Assembly: GCF_001194135.2 (NCBI RefSeq)
Contig: NC_068986.1
Span: 63,841,458 to 63,905,457 of the forward strand
Reading direction: 5' to 3'
Origin: Octopus bimaculoides
Lineage: Eukaryota
DNA: 64,000 bases
The position numbers were made by a program, and so were the translations under genes. The notes under the pieces were generated by a model, which made no database searches, was not told the origin of the DNA, and saw only the letters and a list, made by a program, of their open reading frames with translations. The first letter of the stretch is position 1; each line of letters opens with the position of its first letter. Positions 50,301-60,371 of this stretch are shown piece after piece.

Positions 50301-53300
50301 CAGCACAATGCCTTTTGGGTTTTATTTTATTTTATTTTATTATTTTTCATCATCCTGCTGCCCATCACTTCCTCTCATTGTCCTTTAACCATTTCACTCC
50401 TGCCAGTCGTCAACTGTCTTTGCTATGCTACTATCATTGGTTTTTTTTTTTTAGTTCAGTTCCATTGTTTTTATTCCCCCACCTTTTTAATGGACACTAA
50501 CTTTTTAATGATTTGCATGCCTCAAATGTATTCCAAGTATAACTGTTGTGTTTTGTTTGTTCATTTGTCTTGATATATTTTATTTAGTAAAGTTAGTAAT
50601 TTCATTTGATTTGAAGACAGTAAGAATTAACTTTCATAATTTGTTTATTTCTGCAATTTACCTTTGTTATAAGTGACTAATTACTTCGCATAATCCATAT
50701 TCTGGGTAGTTCACATTTGATGTGTCTAGTAGTATGGTTGTGTATGGTACATGCATAGACAAATATATGCTTAGACTGCTGACCATGGTTTCAAACTATA
50801 TTATAGCCATTGTGCTGCTCCTCTAGACACCCTGGTTTAATGCTTATTTCACAGTTCACTGGTTAGCCAGGAGAAAAACAATTGTTCTAATAAGACATTA
50901 GATATTACACATTTCTCTCTTTATATTCTCAAAGTCAAATGAACAAGTTAATTTTCATCCCACATCTTGTAGAAGTTGTAATTACATACTTTGTTTAGAT
51001 TATAACTTCAATAAATTATTACCTCTTCACAAATATATTTTTTTAAATTGAAATTGTGGGAAATTAAATGTTATATGTTGAAATTGATCTCAGTATTATT
51101 GCTTGTTGGCTCACAATTATCTATTGATTATTGAGTGTCAGTATTGGGTACGGTCTAAATCTTACTAGAATCTATCTAAACTGATTTCTATAAGAACATC
51201 CATTCAACAGCCTATCATTTTTGTATCTCATGTATCATAGAAACTGCTTTGTTTATAGACTAATATATTTTCCACCGAAGTTCCTTTTCATTACATCAAT
51301 AATTTTTACAGTGAGCAGTTTTTCTCATTTGACTTCATCCTGTTTTAAATGTAAGAAAACTCTAAATTTAAAACATAGTTTAGAAATTTGAAGTTTTCAG
51401 CTTGCTGTAATTTCAGCAAGGACACAGAAAATACAAAGTGCCATTTCTAATAAATAAATTTTATGTGAATTTCAATCCAAATTTTACTAACTGTCTTTTA
51501 CATTGAAAAGTTAAATAAATTAAATTTTGGCCTGCTTAACATGTCTCAGTTAAAAAAAAAATACATAGACTGGATTTATTGTATTAGTAAAATAAAATGC
51601 ATGATTTGTATAATTGATACCAATTATTATCAGTGTATAAATATTGAGGACACTGTGTACATATGAGTCAATTATCTGAGAATGTTTCATTGTGATTTAT
51701 GCAATGCTCCAAAGTGATTTGAACAGCTTCTGTCCATATATGAATAAATTCAATATTACCAAGTTCTGATACTTTATACTAGATTCAAAATGCTATCTTA
51801 ATATGTTGTCCTTGTAATCTGATTATTACAGGACATCTTTCAGTACAAATACATTTGCTTCTTCAAAGTATTAAACATTGTTGCTTTGGTGTTTGGGAAT
51901 TGCATGTAGTAACAGTTCTGTATGGAATTTTCTATTTTATGTTGTATGATTGGCTAAGTTTTAAAATTTTCAACTCTTCTAATGTTTGTAAAATCATGTA
52001 ATTTTCTTTATTTTCTACTCATAATATCCAGTTCAATAAAAATTATTGTTATTGAATTTTTCTAAGTGCAACAAAAATAGATATTATCTCTTTAGGTCAC
52101 TGATTTGAAATGAAAAACTTAATTTTATTTTAAGGCTGCTTTTTTAAACATTTTTTAACAGATATTTCTTCCCTAAAATAAATTTCATATTGGCCCAAGA
52201 CTCTATCCAACGAAGGTTCACTGAATATTGTGTGTGTGGGTTTTCTCATTTAGTTACTTTATTCTTTTAATAATCATATTTATGATAAAGAGATGAAATA
52301 TGTAATTGTATGTATCTCACTGTGCATGCATACCAGAATAGTGTTTAATAGTTTCTCTGCATGTTAACACCAGTAGTTTGTAGGTTAGAGCAGTCAGTGT
52401 TAATTGTAGCAAATGTAGAATGCTGTGTAAATATCCTTTGTAACTTATTTGAAACGAGAGACTTTAATGGTATGATTTAATAGAATAGTTACTTATTATG
52501 TGGATTAGCTATGAGTGATATAAGAACTACATTTAGTTAAGTGTTACCCTGTTTGATAGTTATGTTGTGAGAAATCTGTGACCAAAAGGGAGAAGTTGTA
52601 AGAATTTTTTGTATTTATTTGTTCTCTGGGAATTTAATTGACTGATATGCTGGGGTGATTATTTATATATATAAGAAAAAAAAAGGATAAAAAAATCCAG
52701 GCAGATATCAATAAAGCATTCAGTTTTAAACGAATTTGGTTACCTATATCCATCAATCAGACACTAGTAAATGTAAGTAGAATATACATCCAAAGTAATT
52801 CCTCGTGTATGACAAGTAAATCCAAATATCATTTACAAGAATTTTTCGAGAAATTCAGCATATTTGAAAACAAAAATACATATAGAGAAAATCACATCAT
52901 TATTGTAGAATTTACCTTATAAAGCTGACAATTGTTTCTATTGTATTAACATATTTAGATAGAGAAAATACCATTGAAATTTCTGAAAATATATGTTAAC
53001 ATAACATTTTGAAGGCAATCCAAAGTGCGTGAAGTTCTACATGAGCTAATGAAATATTTCCAGCACATGAACTCCTTCAAAGGGAGCATTCAGAAGGAAT
53101 AGAATTTAAGACATTTCTGTACCCAACTATTGGTGATGTCACTGGATAATGAAAGAATTCTACATTATGACGATTAGAAACATAGAGAAATACAATCTAA
53201 AAAAGGATATTTTTGCATTCCATTATTGGTGACATCACTGGATAACTAAAGAATAAAAAAAATAAGCATAAGAATTCTATGTTATGACAATTAAAAGCAT

Positions 53301-56300
53301 AACAATTTTATGTCATGACAATTAGTTATCTATTTATTAAATCTTGTAAACTTATTTAAGATGTTAGAAAAAATTCTTGCTACAGTCACTATATTTGAAG
53401 AAAGATTTTCTTAAATTAAGAATTATTAATTATATTTTTAAAAATTTTTCATCAAATTAGCATACCTTAAGGAAGGAAGTTTTTGTGTTGTGTCAAGCAA
53501 TTTTTCAGCTTTTGAAACACGTACAGGTAGTTGTTTATAGTAGTGGTGTTTGATTTTCAGTTTAGTTTCAAATTTTAAATTATTTTGCATTTTGTAGTTG
53601 ATCATTTTCTTCAAATTTCAAGCAGAAAACCTCATATACTGCTCTTAAATGCCATTTTGTTTTTCACATGCACGCATACACACACACATACACACTCACT
53701 TGCATACATACATAATCATAGATATAGCTGTGTGGTTAAGAAGCTTGCTCTGAACCATGTGGTCTTGTCACTGTGCAGTACCTGGGCTGAACAAAGCCTT
53801 GTGTATGTGTTTGTTTGCATTCTTGTCTTTACATCCAGTGGTGACTGTAAACAGGCATCACTGCCATACACATTATGCTATTCATTTTCAAGCTTCCAAG
53901 GAAAACATGTCAGGCATAGGGAAATATTACCTTGTCTGTAATACATGAGGGTTAGCGACAGGAAAGGCATTGGGCTATAGAAAATCTGCCTCAAAAACTT
54001 CTGTCTGTCCCATACAAGCATGGAAAAATAGGTATTAAATGATGTGTGTGTATTTGGGATGATATTTTCTAGCTTCTCATCCTAGAGGCTCTCATTTTTA
54101 AATAAATCACTAGTTTAGTGAATGCTTGAGGGTAATGGGCTTCAGTTTATCAAACACCAGAGATTTAATGGCAAGGCTGACCATGATGATTGGATTACCA
54201 TATTACTGAAGTAGCTTATCTAGAACAACTAGAGTAGTTGAACACAGTACTGCAAAGTTATAAAACATATTTTCAGCTGTGAGCCATTCCTATTCTGTCA
54301 TATTCATTTATCGTTAGATTACATTGGTTATTCAAGAATTAAATTCTTGGCTTTGAACATATCATAGTGCCAGAGACAGGATATGAATCAATACCTTCGT
54401 AGTTGTCCAGTACGGAATTGTCCTCATTCTCATAAACTAGAATGTAACAACTTTTTACTGAATTCTTTTTACTTAGTATATTTATTGTTCAGAATGGATG
54501 ACTTTCAGAAACATTTTACTGTAGCAGCTAGTTTTCTTATTTAATTTATTTATATTCTTTTTCTCTAATAATAAACCTTCTATTAAGCCATGAATTAAGC
54601 AATCAAAGCCTTTATTTTTGAAAGTCAAACTGTGTAGCCTGTATAAGCATAGATCTTTATTATTTTATGAGGTTAATGGCATTAGCTATGATGTGGAAGA
54701 GTGTAAATGGTTTGCTCTTTGATTCTAAAAACAAATAAATGATTGTCTTGTATTTTTGTTTGTAAGTAACAAAGCGTTCCCATAGCTGCAACTCACAAAA
54801 AAAAAATATTAATGCTGAACATTTGATGACTAAGATCAAAACCTTACAAAACATCCACAGATGCATTTTTAATGTTTACATCTCCCATCAATAGTTATTG
54901 CATTCAAGCTTTCTGAAGGAAAAACACAACAGTATATACTTATCTTGTGCTCAGTGTTTTTGTATAGAGAGAAAGAAAGATTAGTAATGGCAGTCATAAT
55001 AACATACTTAAAAGTTGTAGACATTAACAGTTTTCTAAAATTTTCATTTTCTTCCATTTTTATTCACATTTAGAAAATATTAGATTTCTGGGAGGCCTGT
55101 TTAAGAAAATCGTAGAGAGAGGAATTTACTTAAGATGTGTAGCTATTGAAACTAATTTATCACCATTTTACTATTTCAATGTATATGCATGTTCAAATAT
55201 ATTCATTGGCTTATTCTTATATATATAAAGATATTTGTAACCTGCAGGTTGTGTTTTAGCATTAAAAACAAATGTATAGTTTACTTAGCAAAATATAAAT
55301 AAATAAATCTACTTCTATGTATATAAGGCAGTTTTTATTTTCTGATAAATAAAATTATTGACTTCTTAGAGGCAAACAACATTTTTGGTCCAACATTTTA
55401 TAATTATCATACTATTAATATTTCATCTCAAAAATAGGAGAGATGAAAGGTTAATCTTGTGGGATAGTTAGCATTCATTTATATTTTCTAGTTAGTATTA
55501 TGTGACTCATTGTTATTGATTAATCAGAAATGGTTGAATTAAATGAAGGATGCAGCTGTGTGTTCCAGTTCATTTCAGTGCTGTTATTTAGATCGAAAAT
55601 AACAGCCACTAAATACCAAAGTGTTAAAACAGGACACCCTGTCTCTGCTGTTGTCCCCTATTCACTCAACTCCTTTGATGATGATTACTGCTGCTGCTGA
55701 ATTACTTTATTTGCAGTATGTCAATACTATGAGAACAATAATTTCTAGTTGATTTGCACTATAGATTGATTATGTGTATTAAGCCTTATCAATGTATACA
55801 TATAGGGATGTATATGGGGCACTTTCAGCATTATTTTATCTGAATGGTGTCTGAAGCCTAATCATAAAACTCATTGATAAATTCATGTTTGTTAGAAATA
55901 TAATGTTTAAACTAATCTTTTGTGATTTTTGGAAGGTTTTTTTTTTTTTTTTTTTTGTTATTGCAAATCAAATAATCTGATAACACAATAAACTTAAAAG
56001 TACTAAAACTACTGAAACTTCAATTCTTTTGAAAGTTTTGCAAACAGAAATTTCTTCAAAATCTGGATTTAGATAAGAAAATAATTATTAATATTGTGTA
56101 GTGTCTTTGCCATTATATTGTTTTAATATAATATGATATTATACATTTTTAGATTTTATCTGTAAACCATTTTTAGACATTTTTATTTATAATTGTAAAA
56201 ATAATAATAATAATATTGTGATTTTAAGGAAAAGAAGTATTGATATTTTGAATATTTTTCATCCAGACTATCAATTCATCTGGGTTATATTAATGTATTG

Positions 56301-56957
56301 AATTTATTATTGTTGCATTTTGAGTAGCATCTGATAGTGTTTTTTATTAATCCTTATTACAACATATTATAACTATTCCATTGACTAAATATGTTTATCC
56401 TAGGATTGATTTCTCTGTTCAAATGTATCTATAATATTCCTTATAAATTCATCATTTTCCAGCTAGATGCTGGAACTATTATTTGGTACTAAAATTTTTT
56501 TATTAATTCTAGATATATATTTTCCTCCATTCTTTGTATTCTTGTGTCAATTAATTGTTCATCTCTAATATCTACATTTTCTCAAATAAGTAAAAGAATC
56601 TACATATTCTCAAATAAGTAAAATAATCCAATTGTTTTTTTCTTTTTTTTATCATTTTTTTCATTCACTGCAATACAATCATTATTGATTATGTGCTTTT
56701 GAAGAAAAACAAAGGAATTAATTTGTTAAGTGCTATGAAAATATGCCTGATACAAAGTGACAAGAGCTGCTGATTAATCAGTTTTCAAATCATGTTGGCT
56801 GTCTACTCATTAATAGTATATATTGTTTCCATTATTAGAATTACTGGATACATCCCTATGTGATAATCCAAGTTGCCAGCAGGATGATACTGTATGGACT
56901 AATAACCAATTTAAACCAATAAGAGATAAAGCATGCCGAACCCGGTTGGAGCCAGGG
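12494..56957 (+). CDS. RhoGAPp190: p190 Rho GTPase-activating protein (ARHGAP35/ARHGAP5 co-orthologue), partial multi-exon CDS: join(12494..12706,14140..14433,21886..22038,28317..28425,30474..30597,33862..34063,35559..35723,37525..37782,39517..39695,41655..41847,44628..44842) plus probable 47035..47058, 49810..49989, 56839..56957
   Basis: Manual splicing at GT-AG sites gives one continuous stop-free frame (2105 nt for the 11 core exons). Segments are collinear with p190 proteins as I recall them: [87 protein letters not shown] and RPPAPLPKP. No database search was run. Confidence 0.93.
14140..14433 (+). CDS. RhoGAPp190: p190RhoGAP exon (FF domains): [98 protein letters not shown]
   Basis: Acceptor cttttgcag and donor GTAAAG at 14434. 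294 nt, phase 2 to 2. Matches p190 F...LE....I.PG.PW..., Y..HQ..., AKEEFQE.L.E.SE.F. Confidence 0.93.
14545..15025 (-). mobile_element. RTE LINE 3' fragment (related subfamily)
   Basis: (CAT)n tail plus tttaacatctactttccatgc. The minus strand near 15020-14900 reads [32 protein letters not shown], homologous to the end of the ORF at 453-761. Confidence 0.85.
15590..16760 (+). mobile_element. Decayed CR1/L2/Jockey-group LINE reverse-transcriptase fragment
   Basis: Frame 15724-16158 reads ...[19 protein letters not shown]...[22 protein letters not shown]...[18 protein letters not shown]...KYA(DD). These correspond to non-LTR RT motifs QYGFR, LDISKAFD.V, PQGS.LSP.LF..YINDL and YADD. Two in-frame stops and a 1-nt loss at YADD. 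Ends are approximate. Confidence 0.82.
16924..17376. repeat. Compound (TA)n/(TATG)n microsatellite with 10-N gap
   Basis: Seen directly; source of the YI/YV/CM pseudo-ORFs. Confidence 0.95.
17849..18995. repeat. Compound (TA)n/(TG)n microsatellite spanning assembly gap 17951-18659
   Basis: Seen directly. 17760-17950 is duplicated at 18660-18830 across the gap. Confidence 0.9.
21886..22038 (+). CDS. RhoGAPp190: p190RhoGAP exon (end of last FF domain): [51 protein letters not shown]
   Basis: Acceptor ttctctttcag and donor GTAACC at 22039. 153 nt, phase 2 to 2. Matches p190 Y..L..L..DR..L.L.H..F...P.KE.C...C. Confidence 0.92.
22240..23847 (-). mobile_element. Full-extent mariner (DD34D) DNA transposon, inactivated, with a nested SINE
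   Basis: 27-bp TIRs (22240-22266 TCAGGTCATCCCATAAGTTCTATCCGA and 23821-23847, one mismatch) flanked by TA at 22238-22239 and 23848-23849. The minus-strand pseudo-ORF (about 23258->22290) carries [23 protein letters not shown] (22925-22908), VTGDEKW, HQDNA and [13 protein letters not shown] (22499-22461), with stops and frameshifts. Confidence 0.95.
23302..23706 (-). mobile_element. tRNA-derived SINE, full length, nested in the mariner 5' region
   Basis: Reverse complement is highly similar to 62005-62392: tRNA-like head, internal (TA)n and tail ...cagcatggccacagtcaaatgactgaaacaagtaaaag. Confidence 0.9.
23905..25385 (-). mobile_element. Non-coding element with ~200-240 bp direct repeats (Penelope-like pseudo-LTR arrangement, tentative)
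   Basis: 23910-24153 and 25181-25381 are direct repeats with about 13 substitutions. Copy 1 has an extra 40 bp between two aaaacatccaga repeats. A GA-rich spacer, a (TA/TG)n microsatellite and a gap lie between them. The direct repeat is seen; the family assignment is inference. Confidence 0.45.
24655..25180. repeat. (TA/TATG)n microsatellite with assembly gap 24886-25170
   Basis: Seen directly. Confidence 0.95.
25679..26310. repeat. Foldback / long inverted-repeat element, probably a non-autonomous DNA transposon
   Basis: 25845-26018 and 26062-26240 are reverse complements at roughly 80% identity around a ~43-bp spacer, and decay continues outward. A second copy of the left arm lies at about 52700-53030. 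Confidence 0.8.
28317..28425 (+). CDS. RhoGAPp190: p190RhoGAP exon (start of pseudoGTPase pG1): [36 protein letters not shown]
   Basis: Long poly-T tract, acceptor atttcag and donor GTAAAT at 28426. 109 nt, phase 2 to 0. [13 protein letters not shown] matches p190 NLVILGKDGLA..LANEIR. Confidence 0.92.
30474..30597 (+). CDS. RhoGAPp190: p190RhoGAP exon (pG1): [42 protein letters not shown]
   Basis: Acceptor ttgtttcag and donor GTAAGT at 30598. 124 nt, phase 0 to 1. RPIDGDV...F.TPTF.PHG matches p190 RPIEGNV...FQTPTFQPHG. Confidence 0.93.
30825..31317 (+). mobile_element. RTE-family 3' UTR fragment with internal ggcctcacagaggcaa repeats and (ATG)n tail
   Basis: cggtggcacgtaaaag...ggagtggttagcgttaggaagggcatccagc...cccatgccagcatgga...ttaaatgatgatgatg matches 1130-1298. 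Confidence 0.82.
33271..33559 (-). mobile_element. 5'-truncated tRNA-SINE, same family as 62005-62392
   Basis: Reverse complement matches the body and tail of 62005-62392; the tRNA head is absent. Confidence 0.88.
33862..34063 (+). CDS. RhoGAPp190: p190RhoGAP exon (pG1): [66 protein letters not shown]
   Basis: Acceptor ttatttttag and donor GTTAGT at 34064. 202 nt, phase 1 to 2. GC.C.YNS...YV..S.E and QGQQ.A match p190. Confidence 0.9.
35559..35723 (+). CDS. RhoGAPp190: p190RhoGAP exon (end of pG1, link to pG2): [55 protein letters not shown]
   Basis: Acceptor ccatttcag and donor GTAAGA at 35724. 165 nt, phase 2 to 2. LQC.F and ..D.R match p190 KLQCVF and DVDLR. Confidence 0.88.
37525..37782 (+). 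CDS. RhoGAPp190: p190RhoGAP exon (pseudoGTPase pG2): [86 protein letters not shown]
   Basis: Acceptor ctctctttcag and donor GTGAGT at 37783. 258 nt, phase 2 to 2. Matches RIVMCLMCGDPF, SYH and HGYIVFYSAKRKASLAMLR. Confidence 0.94.
39517..39695 (+). CDS. RhoGAPp190: p190RhoGAP exon (pG2): [59 protein letters not shown]
   Basis: Acceptor tatatttcag and donor GTATGT at 39696. 179 nt, phase 2 to 1. Matches AFL...IPIQLVA..D and L.EGE..A....F. Confidence 0.91.
41293..41579. repeat. (TC)n ... (AC)n microsatellite with assembly gap 41333-41561
   Basis: Seen directly, 75 bp upstream of exon 41655. Confidence 0.93.
41655..41847 (+). CDS. RhoGAPp190: p190RhoGAP exon (end of pG2 plus Pro-rich motif): [64 protein letters not shown]
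   Basis: Acceptor ttctgtttcag and donor GTGCGT at 41848. 193 nt, phase 1 to 2. F.PFF.D and PP.P.PKP match p190 IFHPFFKD and VPPPVKPKP. Confidence 0.88.
43155..43320 (+). mobile_element. Diverged tRNA-like SINE head of a second family
   Basis: A-box/B-box-like segments (tgtgtggtgg; ggtttcaattcccag) followed by actgctttcacttacagtgctaatgcccacgggaaaggcatgaat. Family not identified. Confidence 0.45.
44628..44842 (+). CDS. RhoGAPp190: p190RhoGAP linker exon: [73 protein letters not shown]
   Basis: Acceptor ctatttctctgcag and donor GTGAGT at 44843. 215 nt, phase 2 to 1, continuing the frame of the previous exon. Ser/Pro-rich and disordered-looking, as expected for the p190 middle region. Confidence 0.82.
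47035..47058 (+). CDS. RhoGAPp190: Probable 24-nt microexon of p190RhoGAP (GPDEDDFE)
   Basis: Branch-like TACTGAC about 20 nt upstream, acceptor catttttcag, phase 1 to 1 compatible with the preceding exon. The donor GTACAA is weak; an alternative phase-1 donor GTAGCC lies 6 nt downstream. No transcript evidence. Confidence 0.5.
49810..49989 (+). CDS. RhoGAPp190: Probable 180-nt cassette exon of p190RhoGAP linker: [60 protein letters not shown]
   Basis: GC-richer island in AT-rich intron. Acceptor caatttcag (AG 49808-49809), donor GTGAAT at 49990, phase 1 to 1, open in the required frame. No recognised homology. Confidence 0.6.
52700..53030 (+). repeat. Second, single-arm copy of the foldback family at 25679-26310
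   Basis: gcagatatcaataaa...aatcagac...gtagaatatacatccaa...gtatgacaagtaaatccaaata...tatgttaacataacatt aligns to 25679-26000. Confidence 0.75.
53728..54043 (+). mobile_element. Diverged composite SINE: tRNA-like head plus RTE-LINE-type 3' tail
   Basis: The head agctgtgtggttaagaagcttgctctgaaccatgtgg resembles 62010-62050. The 3' part gggttagcgacaggaaaggcattgggctatagaaaa...ccatacaagcatggaaaaataggtattaaatgatg resembles the RTE tail at 1168-1290. Confidence 0.65.
56839..56957 (+). CDS. RhoGAPp190: Probable p190RhoGAP linker exon: [40 protein letters not shown]
   Basis: Acceptor tttccattattag (AG 56837-56838) in phase 1, matching the preceding exons. Open frame and donor GGG|GTAAGA at 56958 (phase 0). 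No downstream partner exon identified in the window. Confidence 0.55.
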
Positions 56958-57034
56958 GTAAGACTGATATCTAACAAACTCTTTATAGACTATTTGTTTC
57001 TATTATTTTTTATGTCTACATTGATGAGCATGAA

Positions 57035-57072
<38 letters not shown>

Positions 57073-57286
57073 GTATACAAATATTTTCTCTCTCTCACAT
57101 ACACATAATGTATCTGCCCAGCTGTAAAATATACACCATGTATTCACCATGTATTTGTACTGCTATGCCACCCTGTCATACACCATGCTTGTTGTGTAGA
57201 TATAATCTTTATGCATCATCCTTAACACTTAGAATAGATTGTTTTAATGGTTCCTTACTGTAGACTAATTGTATGATGTATGCGTA

Positions 57287-57335
<49 letters not shown>

Positions 57336-59599
57336 ATGTATGTATGTATATAGTTTAAAATTTTTCATTCTGTAGATGATTTTTAGTGTCTAACCCTTTT
57401 TCTTTATTCCGGACAATGATTTATATTATTTAACTGTCTAGTGTGCTATAGCCATTGCATGTGTTTGCTGCACAAACACCAATAGATATGAGCTTCTTTG
57501 AAATTCCTTCTCTTTCCTGTTTTTGACTGCAAATAAAGCTACTTTTATATTCCTGTAACTTTAAAAGCCATTGTGATGAAAACTTCTTTACCACTTGTAG
57601 TTACAGCTTCCTTTAGATACGGTCCTTTAATCAGAAATATCCACTATAAAAACACCATTTAACCTTTTGTGTCTTTACATTTCCTACACCCTCTTCATTC
57701 TCTTTTTGTCTCTATGTTTACTGCATTATTTGCTGCTTACCTATTACTGTAAGATTTTGATTTTTACTTGAAATTCTTTCAGATTTCCATTGTAATATTT
57801 ATATACTCACTCACACGTATTTTCTTATTCTACTAGTTGGTTTTTAATCAAACCATCAATTTGATTTTTTTATAAAACTGAAAAGAATGTCTCTTAAAAA
57901 TCCTTCCTTTTTTTAATGAATTTAATAAACCATGCAGGTGTTTTAATTCAATTTCTGCTAACACTGTAATGAATGTGTGAATGTGAAAGGACTGTGTTGC
58001 TTCTATGAATGAATCAAGTGAGCATATGGTGTTGTAGAAAGTAAGCTTGGGAAAATGGCATGTACCTCTCATGGACATTTTTACAATTAATAGTTCTCTT
58101 GTGAAAACTTAACACTATTCAAGATTATAAAGCTAATAAGATAGTCCTTAAATACAAACAGCCACTATGAAGCCTTCGTTAATAATACAATAGCACTAAC
58201 ATACACACACACACACCTCACCTCTTCTGAGCACACATGCATTCTTTAAAATGAAATAAAATCTACACATCAGCAAGCTTGCCATTTGATACAGTCACTC
58301 ACAACATGCAACAGACTTTAACTGAGGGCATCTAACTAGTAAATTAAAACTATGAACATCAGTATGTAATCATCTTATCTTATTCAAATAATCTTTATTC
58401 TATTGTAATGTCTAATTTGAGCTAAACAAATTATCGTTATGTTTTGTTCAATTATTTTTTCAAGCTGTTTCCTTTTAACAAACTGCTTGATTTGTTTTGA
58501 TTTGTATTAAGTCCCTACAACCAATATTCACAATATTTTTTTAAAATATCAATGGTATTATGCATCCAATAGAAGTTCCTTGATGTATAAGAATCAAATT
58601 GAATTTCATCTTACTATTTGAGTTAAATTAATCCCAAGTTGTTAAAAAAAAAAGGAAGAAAGAAATCAGTAGTCTCTAAATGCATATGTTATCATGTTCA
58701 AAGTTTTCCAAAAAACATATTGTTCATACGTGAGAAATGGTAGTTGAGCAATCCTTTCAATATTACTGATATCTATTAAATTTAGAAACTTTTTACCTGT
58801 TCTCTTTCAGCTGTGAACAAAAGTTCATTGATGAAGTATTTTAACACTGTCTTCAGAGGACATAGCTCCATAGAAATGTAATTACTGTGACTTATTCAAT
58901 TCCAGTTAACATAACAATAATAATTAGAATTGTTGTTTTCATTAATTTAAGATAGATTGCAGAGACTAAACTAATTTACTTTCTAATCTATTTGTGAATA
59001 ATTTATGATACAAATTTAAGCAAAAAAAAATATGTACAAAATACAAAATAATCTACTAGAAATATTTTCTTGTTCATAAAATTATTGGATGAAGTTATTA
59101 TTTATTCCACACATTTCATTGTAACTACTACTCAGTTGTTTGACTATGCTCAGGCATTATCCATGATTTTACCTTGACAGAGAGAGGAGGAGGAGATAAA
59201 TGGGAGTTGTGATGTCTTTCTCAAGAGAATTTGGAGGTAATATATATAGTTTGGTGATGAATGTGTGTATATATACATATACATATGTTGTTATTGGCAC
59301 TCCATCGCTTACGACGTCGAGGGTTCCAGTTGATCNNNNNNNNNNNNNNNNNNNNNNNNNNNNNNNNNNNNNNNNNNNNNNNNNNNNNNNNNNNNNNNNN
59401 NNNNNNNNNNNNNNNNNNNNNNNNNNNNNNNNNNNCAGTAAGATTATCACAAGGAAAACCTTAAAAGTTAGGATATGGATACTGTGTTATTGTAGCTCAG
59501 ATATCGTAAGTATGTTTGTGATTCCAGGCCCAGTACATAAGACGCTTAATAAACTTTTCTCGGGATTATCTAGAAATGGTTTAAAGGAAACTCAAACAT

Positions 59600-60102
59600 G
59601 GATAAAGATTACAAAAGCAACTCATTCTTGACATCAAAATGCATGAAAAATCCCGTCAGTGTTTTTTGCTTTGTTATCTTCTTTTTTTTTGTCATAAATT
59701 TCTCGATAACATTAGAAAAGTTCAGTTGTCTGCCTTTCCACCTTGGAAAATCGCTCAAAATTTGGATCCATCGCCTCAAGTTCTAGCATAGCAGAATGAA
59801 TCTTCGAGAAAGCACTCCTTAATCCCTTGACGGTGAACTTCTTTTGTACTTCTGTTCGTTCTGCATCACTGTGTTGCCTGGCTGACCACAGGCAGGAGAG
59901 TGAGAGAGCAGGTGTGTCGGAGGGTGAGGCTGGGTGCTCAGGATGTGCTGCCGTCACGACAGCAGTTCTCGTACAACATACAATACAACAGTCAAAGTTT
60001 TTAAGTTATTATATTTTGTAAAATATGTAATGGCGGCTCGTAGAGTTCATCGTAACTCCGAGTGGTCGTTTAATAAGTAGGTCATTAAATGAGGACAATC
60101 TG
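59600..60102 (-). mobile_element. Internally deleted Tigger/pogo-family DNA transposon relic
   Basis: Minus strand reads KKFTVKGLRSAFSKIHSAMLELEAMDPNFERFSKVERQTTELF*CYREIYDKK(frameshift)KITKQKTLTGFF, matching the Tigger C-terminus F...DPN.ERF..V...CY..IYDEKK...Q.SL..FF. A TIR-like end TA|CAGATTGTCCTCATTTAATGACC lies at 60104-60080. The other end was not found. Confidence 0.75.
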
Positions 60103-60336
60103 TATATGTATATATATATGAATATATGTATGTATATATATATATGTGTGTATATGTATGTATGTATATGTATGTATGTATATGTATGTATATATGTGTA
60201 TGTATATATATGTATGTATATATATGTATATATATATATATATAAGTATAAGTATGTATATATATGTATATATTTGTATATGTATGTATATATGTGTATA
60301 TGTATATATATGGATATGTATATGTTTATATGTATG

Positions 60337-60371
<35 letters not shown>

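Noticed and set aside
51832-51867. 36-nt phase 1-1 pseudo-exon ([12 protein letters not shown])
   Set aside because: Weak polypyrimidine tract and donor; such matches are expected by chance in AT-rich introns.
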